DNA from: Caulobacteraceae bacterium
Lineage (GTDB): Bacteria > Pseudomonadota > Alphaproteobacteria > Caulobacterales > Caulobacteraceae
Assembly (NCBI GenBank): GCA_965283745.1
Contig: CBDIPM010000011.1
Coordinates: forward strand, 151-64,150
Direction of reading: 5' to 3'
DNA length: 64,000 bases
Numbering within the stretch: position 1 is the stretch's first letter; each line of letters opens with the position of its first letter. Below, in pieces: positions 11,463 through 22,675 of this stretch. The translations under genes were made by a program, and so were the position numbers. The notes below the pieces were generated by a model. That model did not search any database and had not been told where the DNA came from. It saw only the letters and a list, made by a program, of their open reading frames with translations.

Positions 11463-13298
11463 CTATCTCGAGATCCGCAGCTTCAACAGGTCCCGGCCGA
11501 TCGCCGCGAAGGCGTCCTTGAGCGCGGCCCCGCTGGACGGCAGGTAGACGTGATTGCTGCTGGTCGCACAGGCCTGCATCACATCTTCGGCGTCGTGCGC
11601 CGACATCCAGCCCACCGTGTAGACGATGACGCCCTTGGCCTTCATCGCCGTGCACAGCGCCTCGGCCTGGGAGGTCGCGTCTCCGTTGGTGGCCGGGCAG
11701 TTGTTCTTGTCCTGGGCGTCGCCGCTCCCGGAGCCGGAGTTCTTGGCGATCACGCCCTCGCAATAGGCGGTGTTGTAGTTGCCGTCCGTCATGATCACCA
11801 CGACCTTCAGGAGGTCAGGCGCGCCGTAGGCCGCCGGCTGGCTTGCGGCCGGCCACAGGTAGGCGAACTCCGGCGAGATCATGTACCAGCCCCAGGCGGT
11901 GCCGATCTGCCCCGCGGTCGAGCCGGCGGCGCTGAAGCTGTCGATCTTGGCCTTGAGCGCCGTCCGGTCGGTGGTCAGCGGCGTGATCTGGGCGCTCGGG
12001 CACGGATTGCTCGAGCTGGGATAGTTGGCGCGACCGGCGAGGTGCTGGGGGCCACATCGGTGTAGGCGTTGGTTCCGGTTCGCTCGGTGGCGCAGGTGCT
12101 GATCTGGAACATCCGGCTCGCCGCGCTCCAGGTCGAGGCGTTGGTGAACCGGAAGTACTCGCAGCCGTAGGTGGTGCAATAGGCGGTGCCGCCCGACGTC
12201 CAAGCCGACTTCGACGGGCCGACGAGGCCCTCGATCGCGAAGGTGTTGGCGGTCAGGCTGTCGACCTCGAGCGTCTCGCCGTTCAGGCTCGTCGTCCCGC
12301 CGACGCCCAGGAAATAGATCTGGTCGCCGTCAGCATAGCCGTGGGCGTTCGCCGTCACGACGAGCCTGCAGGCGGTCGTGAGACATTTCCGGGCCGTGCC
12401 GCCGGAGGAGTACGAGCTCCAGGAATTGCTGTTGGTGCTGTTCAGGCTGAAGCGGTTGGCGTTCACCCGGGTGATCACATAGTAGCGATTGTTGACCTGC
12501 GTGGTCCCGTTGACGCCGGAGATGTACACGACGTCACCGGTGCTGAAGCCGTGGCTGTTCGCCGTGATGGTGGTGGTCGAGCCCCGCGCGATCGCCGATA
12601 TCGACTTCGACGCGCCCGACTGCCAGGCGATGCTGGTGATGCTCTTGGTGCCGATCACCGCGCCTCGCGCGCCCGCCGCATAGCCTGCCGACGTTGACGC
12701 CGACCGAATAGGGCACGATCGCCGCCTTCGAGTAGTAGGGCGTCTGGACGTCCTGGATCACGTAGTCGATCAGGTCCTTGGCCGCCGTTTTCAGATCGGA
12801 AAGCGGCGTGCCGGACATCGAGCCGGTGATGTCGAGCACCAGCGCGAGCTCAAGGTTGGTGGACGCCCGGGCCACCTCGGCCTGGACGCCGACCTGCATG
12901 TCGCCCTGCAGCCAGAGATTGGAGATGTAGGGGGCCAGGGTGGCGACGGCGGTGCTTTCGATCTTGGTGCCGACCAGCCGGAAGGAGGAACTGCGCAGCG
13001 TCGCTTCGCTCATCCCGGCGAGCTGCGCCCGCAGCGCCGCCTCGCCGATCGTCTGGAGTTCGTTGTCGGTGTCGGCGGTCGAACGGGCGGCCAGCAGGGT
13101 CGCCGCGTCGAGCGCGTCCTGCAGGTGGCGCTTCTCGACACTGGCGCGGTTGATGTCGATCAGCGCGAACGACAGCACCGCCAGCGGCAGCGCCATGACC
13201 GCGAACCAGATGGCCACGGCGCCGCTCCGCGCGCGGGCGAAGCGCGAGAGAAAGCCGGCGGATCCGTTTCCAGATCCGGTCGAGCGTCGGCGGTCCAT
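11463..13298 (-). CDS. TadG/CpaL-like pilus-associated VWA protein with two inserted beta-rich (FCCH-like) repeats; apparent frameshifts ~12684 and ~12031
   Basis: Prepilin-like G|AVAIWFA, LQDALDAA, MIDAS LDITGSM, MTDG; insert repeats ITANSHGFSTGDVVYISGV and VTANAHGYADGDQIYFLGV. Three track ORFs join with two indels. Confidence 0.8.
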
Positions 13299-13365
13299 GA
13301 GTTCTTCACCCCGATTGAACCGGCATTCTCGCGCGTGAGGGTAAGAAAAGAGCCAACAGGCTTGG

Positions 13366-13380
13366 TGAATCCGCCCTTAC
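13366..13380. promoter_or_regulatory. Weak CtrA-like site overlapping a GANTC site, upstream of the CpaL-like gene
   Basis: TGAA-tccgccc-TTAC matches 6/8 of TTAA-N7-TTAA; GAATC at 13367-13371. Confidence 0.3.
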
Positions 13381-13390
13381 CAAAGGAGGG

Positions 13391-14752
13391 TCACCTGGAG
13401 AGTTGCAGGGCGTCGATGTCCTGGCCGATGGCGCGGAACGCCACCTTCAGGTCGGCGCCGCTGTCGGGCAGGAAGACGTGGTCGGCGTCGGTGGCGCAGG
13501 TCTCCATGATGTTCTCGGCCGCGGCGTTGCCCGACAGGGCGAAGCCGACCGTGTAGATCACCACGCCCTGCGCCTTCATGGCGTCGCACAGGGCCTCGGC
13601 CTGGGCGAAGGCGCCGCCGTTGGGGGCGTTGCAGTTGATCTTGTCGGACGAGGACCCCGAGCCGGAGGTGGCGTCCTTGCTGATCACGCCCTTGCAGTAG
13701 GTGGTGTTGAACTCGCCGTCGGTCATCAGCACCACGACCTTGAGCAGGTCGTCGCCGCCGTAGGCCGCCGGGCGGTTGTCATCGCTGGGCCACAGGTAGC
13801 CGAAGCTGGGCGAGACCATGTACCAGCCCCAGGCCAGACCGATGTGGCCGGCCGTCGACCCGGAGGCCTGCAGCGTGTCGATCTTCGCCTTCAGCGCGGT
13901 CTCGTCGCTGGACAGCGGGGTGATGGACGCCGCCGGACAGGGATTTCCGCTGGCCGAATAGTTGCGGCCGACCAGGGCCGTCGACGGCGCGGCGTCGGTG
14001 TAGGCCTCTGTTCCGGTGCGCTCGCTGACGCAGGTGCTGATGGTGTTGGTCTTCGTGCCGCCGGCGGCGGTGGTGAAGGTGAACTTCTGGCAGCCGGGCG
14101 TGGTGCAGGTCCCGCTGGTCGGGGTCCCGCGAACGTTGGCGGCGTAGCTGGCGACGTTGACGCCCATGGAATAGGGAACCAGCGCCACTTTCGAATAGAA
14201 CGGCGTCTGCTGGGACTGGATGATCATCCCGACCAGTTCCTTGGCCGCCGTCCGCAGGTCGGCGATCTTGCTCCCGCCCATCGAGCCGGTGATGTCCAGC
14301 GCCAGCGCGACCTCGATGTTCTTGGAGGCCCGGACGACCTCGGTCTCGGCGCTGATCTGCATGTCGCCGTCCAGCCACAGCCCGGCGATGACCGGGGTCA
14401 TCTCGGCGGTGGCCGTGGCGACCACGGCGTTCTCGACCAGCCTGAAGCTCGACGACTTCAGCGTCGCCCGCGATCCGGTCAGATCGACGGCGAGGACGTC
14501 CGCGCCCACGGTCTGAAGGCCCTGGTCAGTCGTGGCGGGCGAGCGGGCCGCGGCCAGGGCGGCGGCGTCCAGCGCGTCCTGCAGATGCCCCTTGGCGGCG
14601 GACGCCCGGCTGACGTCCACCATGCCGAAGACGGCCACCGAGAGCGGCAGCGCCATCAGCGCGAACTGTATGGCGGCGGCGGCGCTGTTGTCTCGCCGGA
14701 ACGAACGCGCGAACTCTGACATCCGTTGAAGGATGGATTGATCGGTTTTCAT
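13391..14752 (-). CDS. Second TadG/CpaL-like VWA protein, lacking the beta-rich insert
   Basis: AAAAIQFA, LQDALDAA, LDITGSM, CVSERTG, MTDGEFN, VVIYTVGF; collinear with its neighbour except for the insert. Confidence 0.85.
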   Translation of the reverse strand: MKTDQSILQRMSEFARSFRRDNSAAAAIQFALMALPLSVAVFGMVDVSRASAAKGHLQDALDAAALAAARSPATTDQGLQTVGADVLAVDLTGSRATLKSSSFRLVENAVVATATAEMTPVIAGLWLDGDMQISAETEVVRASKNIEVALALDITGSMGGSKIADLRTAAKELVGMIIQSQQTPFYSKVALVPYSMGVNVASYAANVRGTPTSGTCTTPGCQKFTFTTAAGGTKTNTISTCVSERTGTEAYTDAAPSTALVGRNYSASGNPCPAASITPLSSDETALKAKIDTLQASGSTAGHIGLAWGWYMVSPSFGYLWPSDDNRPAAYGGDDLLKVVVLMTDGEFNTTYCKGVISKDATSGSGSSSDKINCNAPNGGAFAQAEALCDAMKAQGVVIYTVGFALSGNAAAENIMETCATDADHVFLPDSGADLKVAFRAIGQDIDALQLSR

Positions 14753-14926
14753 GGCCCCACCTGTCCGACTGGCGTTGACGGTCGGAAAGGCAGACTGCGG
14801 CCTGCACGGTAAACGGTACGGCCACAGGACAGGGTGAAAGTCCGGCAACCATGATGCAGGCGTATCGACGCGCGGCGCGGACCGTGGAACCCTGTGGCGG
14901 TCGGCCGGGCGTCGGCGGAGTCCGGA

Positions 14927-15975
14927 ATGGAAGTTCTCGAAATCCTGCTGCGCGGCCTGGCCGCCGGCGTCACCCTGACCACCGGGATCGGCTTCCTGCG
15001 AACGGCGCGGCCGGGCGCGGCGCGCTGGTCGGGCGCCCTGTTCGCGCTGTCGGTGGCGGCGTTCGCCGTGCATTCCGGCGGCGCGGAAACCCGGTCCCTG
15101 GGTCCGGTGCTCGGGGTGGTCGCCTGGTCGCTGGCCATTGGCGGCACCGCCTACTTCTGGGCGTTCGGCGTGTCGCTGTTCGAGGATCGACGCCTGACCC
15201 CGTCCCTGTTCGCGCCCGCGGCGGTGATGTCGATGATCGGCGCCATCGGCGCCCTGGCGCCGTAGGCCGGGCGGGCGGCGTGTGGATCGTTCACAATCTG
15301 CTTGAGGTGCTGCTGGTGGCGCATGTGGCCCTGGTCATCTGGCGCGGATGGCGCGGCGACCTGGTCGAGGCCCGACGGTCCCTGCGGGGGCCGTTCATGC
15401 TGGTGGTGGCCTTCTACACCGTGGCGTTGTCCGGCTTCGAGGTGGCTCACGAGCTGGGCGTCAGGCCGGCGTGGGGCGGACAGCTGCAGGCCGCCTCCCT
15501 CGCCGTCCTGTCGCTGCTCGGCGCGGCGACCTTCCTGCAGGCTCGCCCTGTCCTGTTCGAAGGCCCGCCGCGCGGTCCGTCCGGCGCGCCTGACCTGGAC
15601 GCCGTCCCCGTCCAGGACCGGCCGGCGCTGGCGAAGCTGGAGGCCCTGATGACCGGCGACGAGATCTGGCGCCGCGAGGGGCTCACCGTCGGACAGCTGG
15701 CCGCCGAGGTCGGGACGCCCGAGCACCGCCTGCGCCGGCTGATCAACGGCGCGCTGGGCTTCCGCAACTTCGCCGACTTCCTGAACGCCCGCCGCATCGA
15801 GGCCGCGCGGGCGGCGCTGGCCGATCCGGACAAGGCGCGACTGCCGGTGTCCTCGATCGCCTTCGACCTCGGCTACGCCTCGCTGGGTCCGTTCAACAGG
15901 GCCTTCAAGGACGCCACCGGGCTGACCCCCACCGCCTGGCGCGCGCGGGTCCAGGCCGGTTCGCCGGAACTGTAA
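14927..15975 (+). CDS. AraC-family regulator with N-terminal multi-pass membrane domain; apparent frameshift ~15261
   Basis: Hydrophobic N-half; EHRLRRLINGALGFRNF and IAFDLGYASLGPFNRAFK..TGLTP HTH. One added C at gcgcc(c)gtag joins the frames. Confidence 0.87.
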
Positions 15976-16075
15976 ATCTCTCGCCGATTCCGGAATCCGC
16001 CAGTTCCGTCCGGCCGGAGGAAGCGCGTCGTCGCCGCGTCTGGCCCGATGCGCCGACATCGACCGGAGGCTCCGC

Positions 16076-16879
16076 ATGGACCAGTTCATCACAGTCGTCA
16101 GCGATATCGGCCGCCATTGGCTGACAGCCTTCGCCAACGACATCACCAAGTACATCATCGCCGCGCCGCTGACGTGGCTGGTGCTGTGCGTCCTGCTGGC
16201 GCCGCTGCTGGCGCATCGCAAGATCCGGCCCGAGCGGCCGCCGGTCCGGCAGCATGTGATAGAGCTGCTGTGCTCGATCCGATCGGTGGCGGTGTTCTCC
16301 ACGGTCTCCCTGCTGACGCTGGGCCTGGAGCGCGCGGGCGTGATGTGGGGGCCGGAGATCCGCATGGGCGGCGGCCTGTCCTGGATCGCCGTCAGCTTCG
16401 TGCTGACCGTGGTGGCGCACGACGCCTACTTCTACTGGTCGCACCGGCTGATGCATCACCCGCGGCTGTTCCGGCATTTCCACCGCCGGCACCACAGGTC
16501 CAACAACCCCACGCCCTTCACCGCCTACAGCTTCGACATCGGCGAGGCGGCCGTGATGGCCAGTTTCACGGTGATCTGGCTGCTGCTGGTCCCCGTCGCC
16601 TGGCCGGCCTTCGCCCTGTTCATGCTGCACCAGATCGCCCGCAACGTGATCGGACATTCCGGCTACGAGCTGTTCCCCGCCCGGCGGGACGGCAGGCCGA
16701 TGTTCGACTGGATGACGACGGTGACGCACCACGACCTGCACCACGCCCAGGCGGGCTGGAACTACGGCCTCTACTTCACCTGGTGGGACCGCTGGATGGG
16801 CACCGAGCACCCGCAGTACCACGCCCGGTTCGCGCAGACCGCGATGCGTCGGCGGACCGGACTGGTGGCCGCCGAATAG
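16076..16879 (+). CDS. Sterol desaturase / fatty acid hydroxylase family protein
   Basis: His boxes HRLMH, HRRHH, GH, HHDLHH and NYG..FTWWDR; RBS ggagg. Confidence 0.92.
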   Translation: MDQFITVVSDIGRHWLTAFANDITKYIIAAPLTWLVLCVLLAPLLAHRKIRPERPPVRQHVIELLCSIRSVAVFSTVSLLTLGLERAGVMWGPEIRMGGGLSWIAVSFVLTVVAHDAYFYWSHRLMHHPRLFRHFHRRHHRSNNPTPFTAYSFDIGEAAVMASFTVIWLLLVPVAWPAFALFMLHQIARNVIGHSGYELFPARRDGRPMFDWMTTVTHHDLHHAQAGWNYGLYFTWWDRWMGTEHPQYHARFAQTAMRRRTGLVAAE

Positions 16880-16883
16880 CAGA

Positions 16884-16913
16884 AGGGCGGGCCGCGTCGC
16901 CGCGGCCCGCCCT
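16884..16913. terminator. GC-rich hairpin between convergent genes
   Basis: agggcgggccgcg-tcgc-cgcggcccgccct, a perfect 13-bp stem. Confidence 0.6.
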
Positions 16914-16936
16914 CCTTCCGTATCAGCCGGTTCAGC

Positions 16937-18778
16937 CTACCAGCCGCACTTCTCGCCCTTGTTCTGCTTGGTCAGCCAGACGTTCAGCGGCTTGAAGTAC
17001 TCGGCCACCGCCGAGGCGTCGCCCTGGGACTGGCCGGTGAAGGCCTGCATCGCCTCGGGCCACGGACGCGAGGCGCCCATCTCCATCATGGCGTTGAACT
17101 TCGCGCCGACCTCCTTGTTTCCGTAGATCGAGCAGCGGTGCAGCGGGCCCTTCCAGCCGGCCTGCTTGCAGGCGGCCTGGTGGAACTGGAACTGGTACAC
17201 ATGGGCCAGGAAGTAGCGGGTGTAGGGCACGTTCCCCGGCACATGGTACTTGGCGCCCGGATCGAAGGCGTCGGCCGGACGGTCCCCCGGCGGCGTGATG
17301 CCCTGGTACTGGGTGCGCAGCTTCCACCAGCCGGCGTTGTAGGTCTCCGGCGTCAGGGTGCCGTCGAACACCTGCCAGCGCCAGCGGTCGACCAGCAGGC
17401 CGAACGGCATGAAGGCGATCTTGTCGAGCGCCATCTTCAGCAGGAAGGGCACGTCGCCGTCCGCGCCCGGCACGGTGTTGAGCAGCTGGATCTGGTTGAG
17501 GTAGGTCGGGGTCAGAGCCGACAGGCCGACGAAGTCGCCGATGGCCTCGTGGAAGCCGTCGTTCGCGCCGTTCTTGAAGATGTACGGCTGATCCTTGTAG
17601 GCCCGCTGGTAGTAGTTGTGACCCAGCTCGTGGTGGACGGTGTAGAAGTCCTCGCCGTTCACCTTGGTGCACATCTTGATGCGGATGTCGTCACGATCGT
17701 CCAGGTCCCAGGCCGAGGCGTGGCAGACGACCTCGCGGCCCTCGGGACGGACGATCTGCGAGCGGGTCCAGAAGGTCTCGGGCAGCGCCGCCAGGCCCAT
17801 CGAGACGTAGAAGCCCTCGCCCGTCTTGACCATCTTCGTCGGGTCGTACTTCGCGTCGACCAGAAGCTGGTCGAGGCTGTAGGCCGAGGTGTCGCTCTTG
17901 GGGGCCACGATCGGGTAGATGTTGCCCCACTGCTGGGCCCACATGTTGCCCAGCAGGTCGGCGCGGATCGGGCCGGTGCGCGACTGAACGTCATCGCCGT
18001 ACTGTTCGTTCAGCCGGGCCCGCACGTAGCAGTGCAGGTTCTTGTAGAAGGGCTCGATCTGCTTCCACAGCCGGTCGGTCTCGGCCGCGAAGGCGTCCGG
18101 GTCCATGTCGTAGCCGGACCGCCAAAGGGCGCCGGTGTCCTTGAAGCCCATGCCGATCGCGCCCTCGTTCTCGAGCGCGACGAGGCGGGCGTAGTCGGCC
18201 TTCATCACCGGCGAGATCGAGTGCCAGCCTTCCCAGACGGCCTGCATCTGCGCCGGGTCGCGGCTCGACGCCAGCACGTCCTCGGCATCGTTCAGCGTGA
18301 TCGGCTTGCCCTGGTAGGTGAACTTGCCGGTCGAGTAGACGGAGTCCAGGCGAGAGGCGATGGTGGCCATCTCGTCGGCCGCGCCGGGGCGCTGCGGGGC
18401 GGGGGCGACCACGGCGCGCTTGAGGATGTCCAGCTTGCGGCGGGTCACCGCATCGACCGCCACGCCGTCGTACTTCGCCGCCTCGATGGCGGAGCGGGTG
18501 GCGAGGTCGGTGAACTCGGCCCCGGCCTTGGCTTCCAGCCACATGGTGTCTTCGGTGATGTAGGTCGCCCGCACCCAGGAGGCCTTGTTCACATACTGCG
18601 ACAACGCGGCCATCTGGGCCTCGGTGCGGTCGACGAAGGCCTTGGCCTCCTCGGCCGTCGGCTTGGCCGCGGTCGCCGCGGGCGCGGGCTGCTTGGCCTG
18701 GGCGGCCGCGAACAGGCCCGCGCTCCCGGCGACAAGAGAGATCGCCGCGCCGGCCGCGAGAAGTTTCATCTTCAGCAT
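16937..18778 (-). CDS. Peptidase family M2 (ACE-like peptidyl-dipeptidase), exported
   Basis: [47 protein letters not shown]; signal peptide. Confidence 0.93.
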   Translation of the reverse strand: MLKMKLLAAGAAISLVAGSAGLFAAAQAKQPAPAATAAKPTAEEAKAFVDRTEAQMAALSQYVNKASWVRATYITEDTMWLEAKAGAEFTDLATRSAIEAAKYDGVAVDAVTRRKLDILKRAVVAPAPQRPGAADEMATIASRLDSVYSTGKFTYQGKPITLNDAEDVLASSRDPAQMQAVWEGWHSISPVMKADYARLVALENEGAIGMGFKDTGALWRSGYDMDPDAFAAETDRLWKQIEPFYKNLHCYVRARLNEQYGDDVQSRTGPIRADLLGNMWAQQWGNIYPIVAPKSDTSAYSLDQLLVDAKYDPTKMVKTGEGFYVSMGLAALPETFWTRSQIVRPEGREVVCHASAWDLDDRDDIRIKMCTKVNGEDFYTVHHELGHNYYQRAYKDQPYIFKNGANDGFHEAIGDFVGLSALTPTYLNQIQLLNTVPGADGDVPFLLKMALDKIAFMPFGLLVDRWRWQVFDGTLTPETYNAGWWKLRTQYQGITPPGDRPADAFDPGAKYHVPGNVPYTRYFLAHVYQFQFHQAACKQAGWKGPLHRCSIYGNKEVGAKFNAMMEMGASRPWPEAMQAFTGQSQGDASAVAEYFKPLNVWLTKQNKGEKCGW

Positions 18779-18858
18779 CGGACTGTTTCCTCGAGGGGAT
18801 TCTGATTGGCGGGCATGGGAAGCGCGCCGGTCGTGTCCCGTCAAGGTAACTCGCGACA

Positions 18859-19958
18859 TCAATCCGAGTTCGGCGGAGTCTCGAAGACGGGCGGTTCGAT
18901 CGGGGCCGGAGTTGGTTCAGGGACGCGACCGGTTCAGGCGTGGGGGCGTCGGCCGCGGGAAGCGGATCGGTCTTCGTCTCCGGCGCCGGCCGGCGGGCCG
19001 TCGGCTTGCGCTGCGGCGCCGGCTCGGCCCGCTCGGCGGCGGTCGGACGGCGCATCCTGCCGACACAGGCGGCCAGACCGTCGTTGCGCACCGTGCCGGC
19101 GGCCGCGCCGATGCGGCGCGAGCGGCTGGCCACGTACTTGCCCGGCTTCACGGCGCGGTATTTCAGCGGATTGGGCAGGATGGCCACCAGCCGCGCGGCC
19201 TGGGCGCGGGTGACCTTGTCGGCGCTGACCCCGAAGTAGCGACGCGAGGCGGCTTCCACGCCATAGGTCCCCGAGCCCATCTCGGCGACGTTGAGATAGA
19301 CCTCCATGATCCGCCGCTTGCCCCACAGGGTCTCGATCAGGACCGTGAAATAGGCCTCCAGTCCCTTGCGGACGTAGGACCTGGCCGGCCACAGGAAGAC
19401 GTTCTTGGCCGTCTGCTGGCTGATCGTCGAGCCGCCCTTCACCCGCCCGCCGCGCTGGTTGTTCTTCCAGGCCTTCTCCATGGCCTCGAAGTCGAAGCCG
19501 TTGTGCTCGCAGAAGCGGGCGTCCTCGGCGGCGATGGCGGCCTGGACCAGGGCCGGCGACATGCGGTCCAGCGAGCGCCAGCGGTAGTCCCAGCCCTTCC
19601 CCTCGACCACCCGCTGCACCATCAGAATGGTGAAGGGCGGCGGAACGAAGCGGTAGAACAGGGTCAGGCCGACCGGCGCCACGACCCCGATCAGGAAGGC
19701 CCACAGCGCCAGCCGGCGTAACAGTCGCCAGGCTCCGCCCGGACGGCGCGGCGCCTTGCGCGGCGGCAGGGGCTCGAAGCGCGGCCTGGTCGGAGGGATC
19801 GGCGGAGGCGGCGGCGGAGCAGGCTCGGCCGCCGGTTCGCGCGCCTCCTCAGCCCCGATGTCCTGCGGCGCGGCCACGGCCTCATGGTCGGGCTGGACGG
19901 CCTCGTCCTGCGGCGCGCCGGGCGCCTCGCCGTCCTTGTCCGGGTCTTCCGGGTTCAC
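18859..19958 (-). CDS. mtgA: Monofunctional peptidoglycan transglycosylase with Pro-rich N- and C-terminal extensions; probable indel ~18921
   Basis: [36 protein letters not shown]. One added C gives ..[20 protein letters not shown] ending at 18859 instead of read-through into the M2 gene. Confidence 0.88.
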
Positions 19959-20035
19959 GCGCCGCTCCCCTTGCCTTGACGTGGCGGACGGATGGTAACC
20001 CCATGTCGCCCAATCCGCCGCGAAGCGAAAGAGCC

Positions 20036-20697
20036 ATGAACGTCACAGAAGCCGTCGATCGCCGCGTCTCCGTCCGCGCCTTCAAGCCCGATCCGGTGCC
20101 CGGCGCCCTGGTCCGCGAGATCCTCGAGGCCGCCCATCGCGCCCCGTCCGGCGGCAACCTGCAGCCCTGGCGGGTCCACGCCCTGGCCGGCGAACCGCTG
20201 GAGGCGCTGAAGGCCAAGGTCGCTGCCAACCTCGGCGGCGAGACGCCCGAGTACGACGTCTATCCCGACAATCTGTGGGACCCGTTCCGCACCCGCCGAT
20301 TCGAATGCGGCGAGGACCTCTACGCCACCCTCGGCATCCCGCGAGAGGACAAGCCCGCCCGGCTGCAGCAACTGTTCAAGAACACCCAGTTCTTCGGCGC
20401 CCGGTCGGCATCTTCTTCAGCCTCGACCGCAAGCTCGGCAAGCCGCAGTGGGCGGACGTGGGCATGTACATGCAGACGGTGATGCTGCTCGCCGTCGAGC
20501 GGGGCCTGGCCACCTGCGCCCAGGAGTTCTGGGCCCGTTACCCGAAGACCGTCGGCGACCACATCGCCCTGCCCGACGACCACATGCTGTTCTCCGGCAT
20601 GGCCCTGGGCTGGGCCGACGACACCGCACCGATCAACAGCCTGCGGACCCGGCGCGATCCGTTCGATGTGTGGGCGACGATGAGCGGGTTCGACTGA
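20036..20697 (+). CDS. Nitroreductase family protein; apparent frameshift ~20400
   Basis: [22 protein letters not shown]|[23 protein letters not shown]. Confidence 0.9.
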
Positions 20698-20702
20698 ATC
20701 TC

Positions 20703-20839
20703 TCCCTCCCCGTCTGGGGAGGGTGCTCCCGAAGGGAGCGGGTGGGGCAAAGGCGATCAGAGGTCGGCGCTGAACAGCGCGCAAGCGGTTCCCCACCCGT
20801 CCGGCCTGCGGCCGTCCACCCTCCCCAGACGGGGAGGAA
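20703..20839. repeat. CIR/REP-like palindromic intergenic element (family A)
   Basis: Arms cctccccgtctggggagggtg..cgggtgggg and ccccacccg..caccctccccagacggggagg are inverted copies. Confidence 0.75.
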
Positions 20840-20841
20840 GA

Positions 20842-21833
20842 CTAGAGAACCCGCTCCACTACCCCCGCCGCGCCGTCCTCGTCCCCCCAGGCCACGCGCG
20901 ATCCGTCGGCGGTGATGGCCAGGGCCGAGATGGCGGCGCCCTTCTCGGCCTTCAGCGTGTCCATCTTGCCGCTCTTGAGATCGGCGACCCAGACGCGGCC
21001 GTCGTCGAGGCCGGCCGCCAGCAGCGCCAGCTTCGGCGTCGCGGCCACCCGCACGACCAGGGCGGTCTGGTCAAAGCCGATCTCGGCGGCCTCCTTGCCC
21101 ATCGGGCCGGTCGCGCCGGAGAAGGGCCACACCACCGCGCCGTTGGCGCCGGAGGTGGCCAGCATCACGCCGTTCGAGAGGAAGGCCATGCTCTTCACCT
21201 TGGCCGGGTAGCCGCCCATCCGCATGTTCTTGCCGTCGGCCACGGTCCAGCCGTGCAGGCTGTTCTCCTGCATGGCGCTCATCAGGAACTTGCCGTCGGG
21301 GCTGAAGGCGACCAGCGAATGGGCGCCGGCCCACTTCAGCAGGCTGGGCTTCTGTTCGGCGATTCGCGCGTACCAGAGCGCCGCCCCGCCATAGGTCGCC
21401 GTGGCGATTTGCCGGCCCTTGGGGTCGAAGGCGACGTCCGACACCGACTTGTCGTGCGTGAACACGCGGGTGAAGCCGGCGTCCTTGCTGTCGCGGACAT
21501 GCAGATCGCGGCCGGCGGCGAAGGCGATGAGGCCCGATTGGCCGAGGCGGCGACGGCGTCGATCCAGCGGCCCTTCACCTCGGCGACCAGCGTGGCGGCG
21601 AACTCTTCACCCTCAAGGCGCGTCCAGACCACCCGACCGTCGTCGCCGCCGGTCAGGATTTCGTCGCCCGAGGGGTGGAGGCAAGCCGCCAGGACGGCGC
21701 CGCCGTGGGCCTCCACGGTGACGAATCCGCCTGCCGCAACGGCCCGCACCGTACCGTCCCCCAGAGCGAACATTGTTCGGCCTGAGCGGTCGAACAGCGC
21801 GGCGGTCACATAGGCGTCGAAATCGAAGGTCAT
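20842..21833 (-). CDS. WD40-repeat beta-propeller protein; apparent frameshift ~21540
   Basis: LTGGDDGRV, VAFDPKG, VAFSPDGKFL, RMGGYPAKVKS, LAAGLDDGRV. Confidence 0.87.
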
Positions 21834-21991
21834 GGTCCCGGCGTTTACCGCGTGGGAACAGGTTTTGCCCAGCGTGTAGGCGTTTTCGTGTTCGGCGAGA
21901 GTCGGGCTTTACAAGCGTTGCCATCCGCGCAATGGGTGGCCCGAATGATTAGCTGGCGCATCGGAAGCGCCGGCATACTGGGAGTGTCCGA

Positions 21992-22441
21992 ATGGGTGCG
22001 AAACTCGGCGGCGGTGGCGGCAAGAAATACGATCTTGGCCAAAACAGCGAAATCAATGTGACGCCCTTCGTGGACGTCATGCTGGTGCTGCTCATCATCT
22101 TCATGGTTGCCGCGCCCCTGGCGACGGTGTCGATCGCCCTGGACCTGCCGCCGGCCCAACCGCCCAACCCGAACCAGCCGAAGCCGAAGGAGCCGACCTT
22201 CATCTCCATCCAGGAGTTGGGCGCGATCTTCATCGCCGAGAAGCAAACCAGCCTCGACAACCTGATCCCCGACATCCGCGACACGATGACCGCCAAGGGC
22301 GTCACCGGCGACCTGATGGAAGAGCGGGTCTTCGTCCGCGCCGACGCCAACGTGACGTACGAGCAGTTCATGGCCGTGCTGAACATCCTGCAGGCCAACG
22401 GCTTCTACAAGATCGGCCTGATCAACGAGGACATCGAGTAG
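21992..22441 (+). CDS. exbD: ExbD/TolR family biopolymer transport protein
   Basis: EINVTPFVDVMLVLLIIFMVAAP, VFVRAD. Confidence 0.9.
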   Translation: MGAKLGGGGGKKYDLGQNSEINVTPFVDVMLVLLIIFMVAAPLATVSIALDLPPAQPPNPNQPKPKEPTFISIQELGAIFIAEKQTSLDNLIPDIRDTMTAKGVTGDLMEERVFVRADANVTYEQFMAVLNILQANGFYKIGLINEDIE

Positions 22442-22465
22442 TCCTATCCGATCAGCGCAAACGCG

Positions 22466-22499
22466 AAAGGGCCGGTGGAAACACCGGCCCTTTTTCTTT
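22466..22499 (+). terminator. Rho-independent terminator of exbD
   Basis: aaagggccggtg-gaaa-caccggcccttt followed by a T-rich tract. Confidence 0.8.
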
Positions 22500-22500
22500 G

Positions 22501-22670
22501 TCATCCTCTCCGGAGCGAAGCGAGCGGGGAGGTGGCCCGGCGGAGCCGGGTCGGAGGGGCCGGCGCTGGATTGTCCGGATCGGGCGCTGTGCAAGGCACT
22601 TGATCACCCGGCGTCGGCGCTGCCCCACCACCATGCTCCGCATGGTCCCCCTCCCCGCGAGCGGGGAGGA
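22501..22670. repeat. CIR/REP-like palindromic element (family A)
   Basis: Contains gaggtggcccggcggagccgggtcggag, shared exactly with the copies at 53643 and 57632; right arm ccctccccgcgagcggggagga. Confidence 0.78.
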
Positions 22671-22675
22671 CGGTG

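Noticed and set aside
17991-18858. Long C-terminal extension of MtgA overlapping the M2 peptidase gene
   Set aside because: One added C near 18921 gives a natural stop at 18859; the extension is Arg-rich off-frame text.
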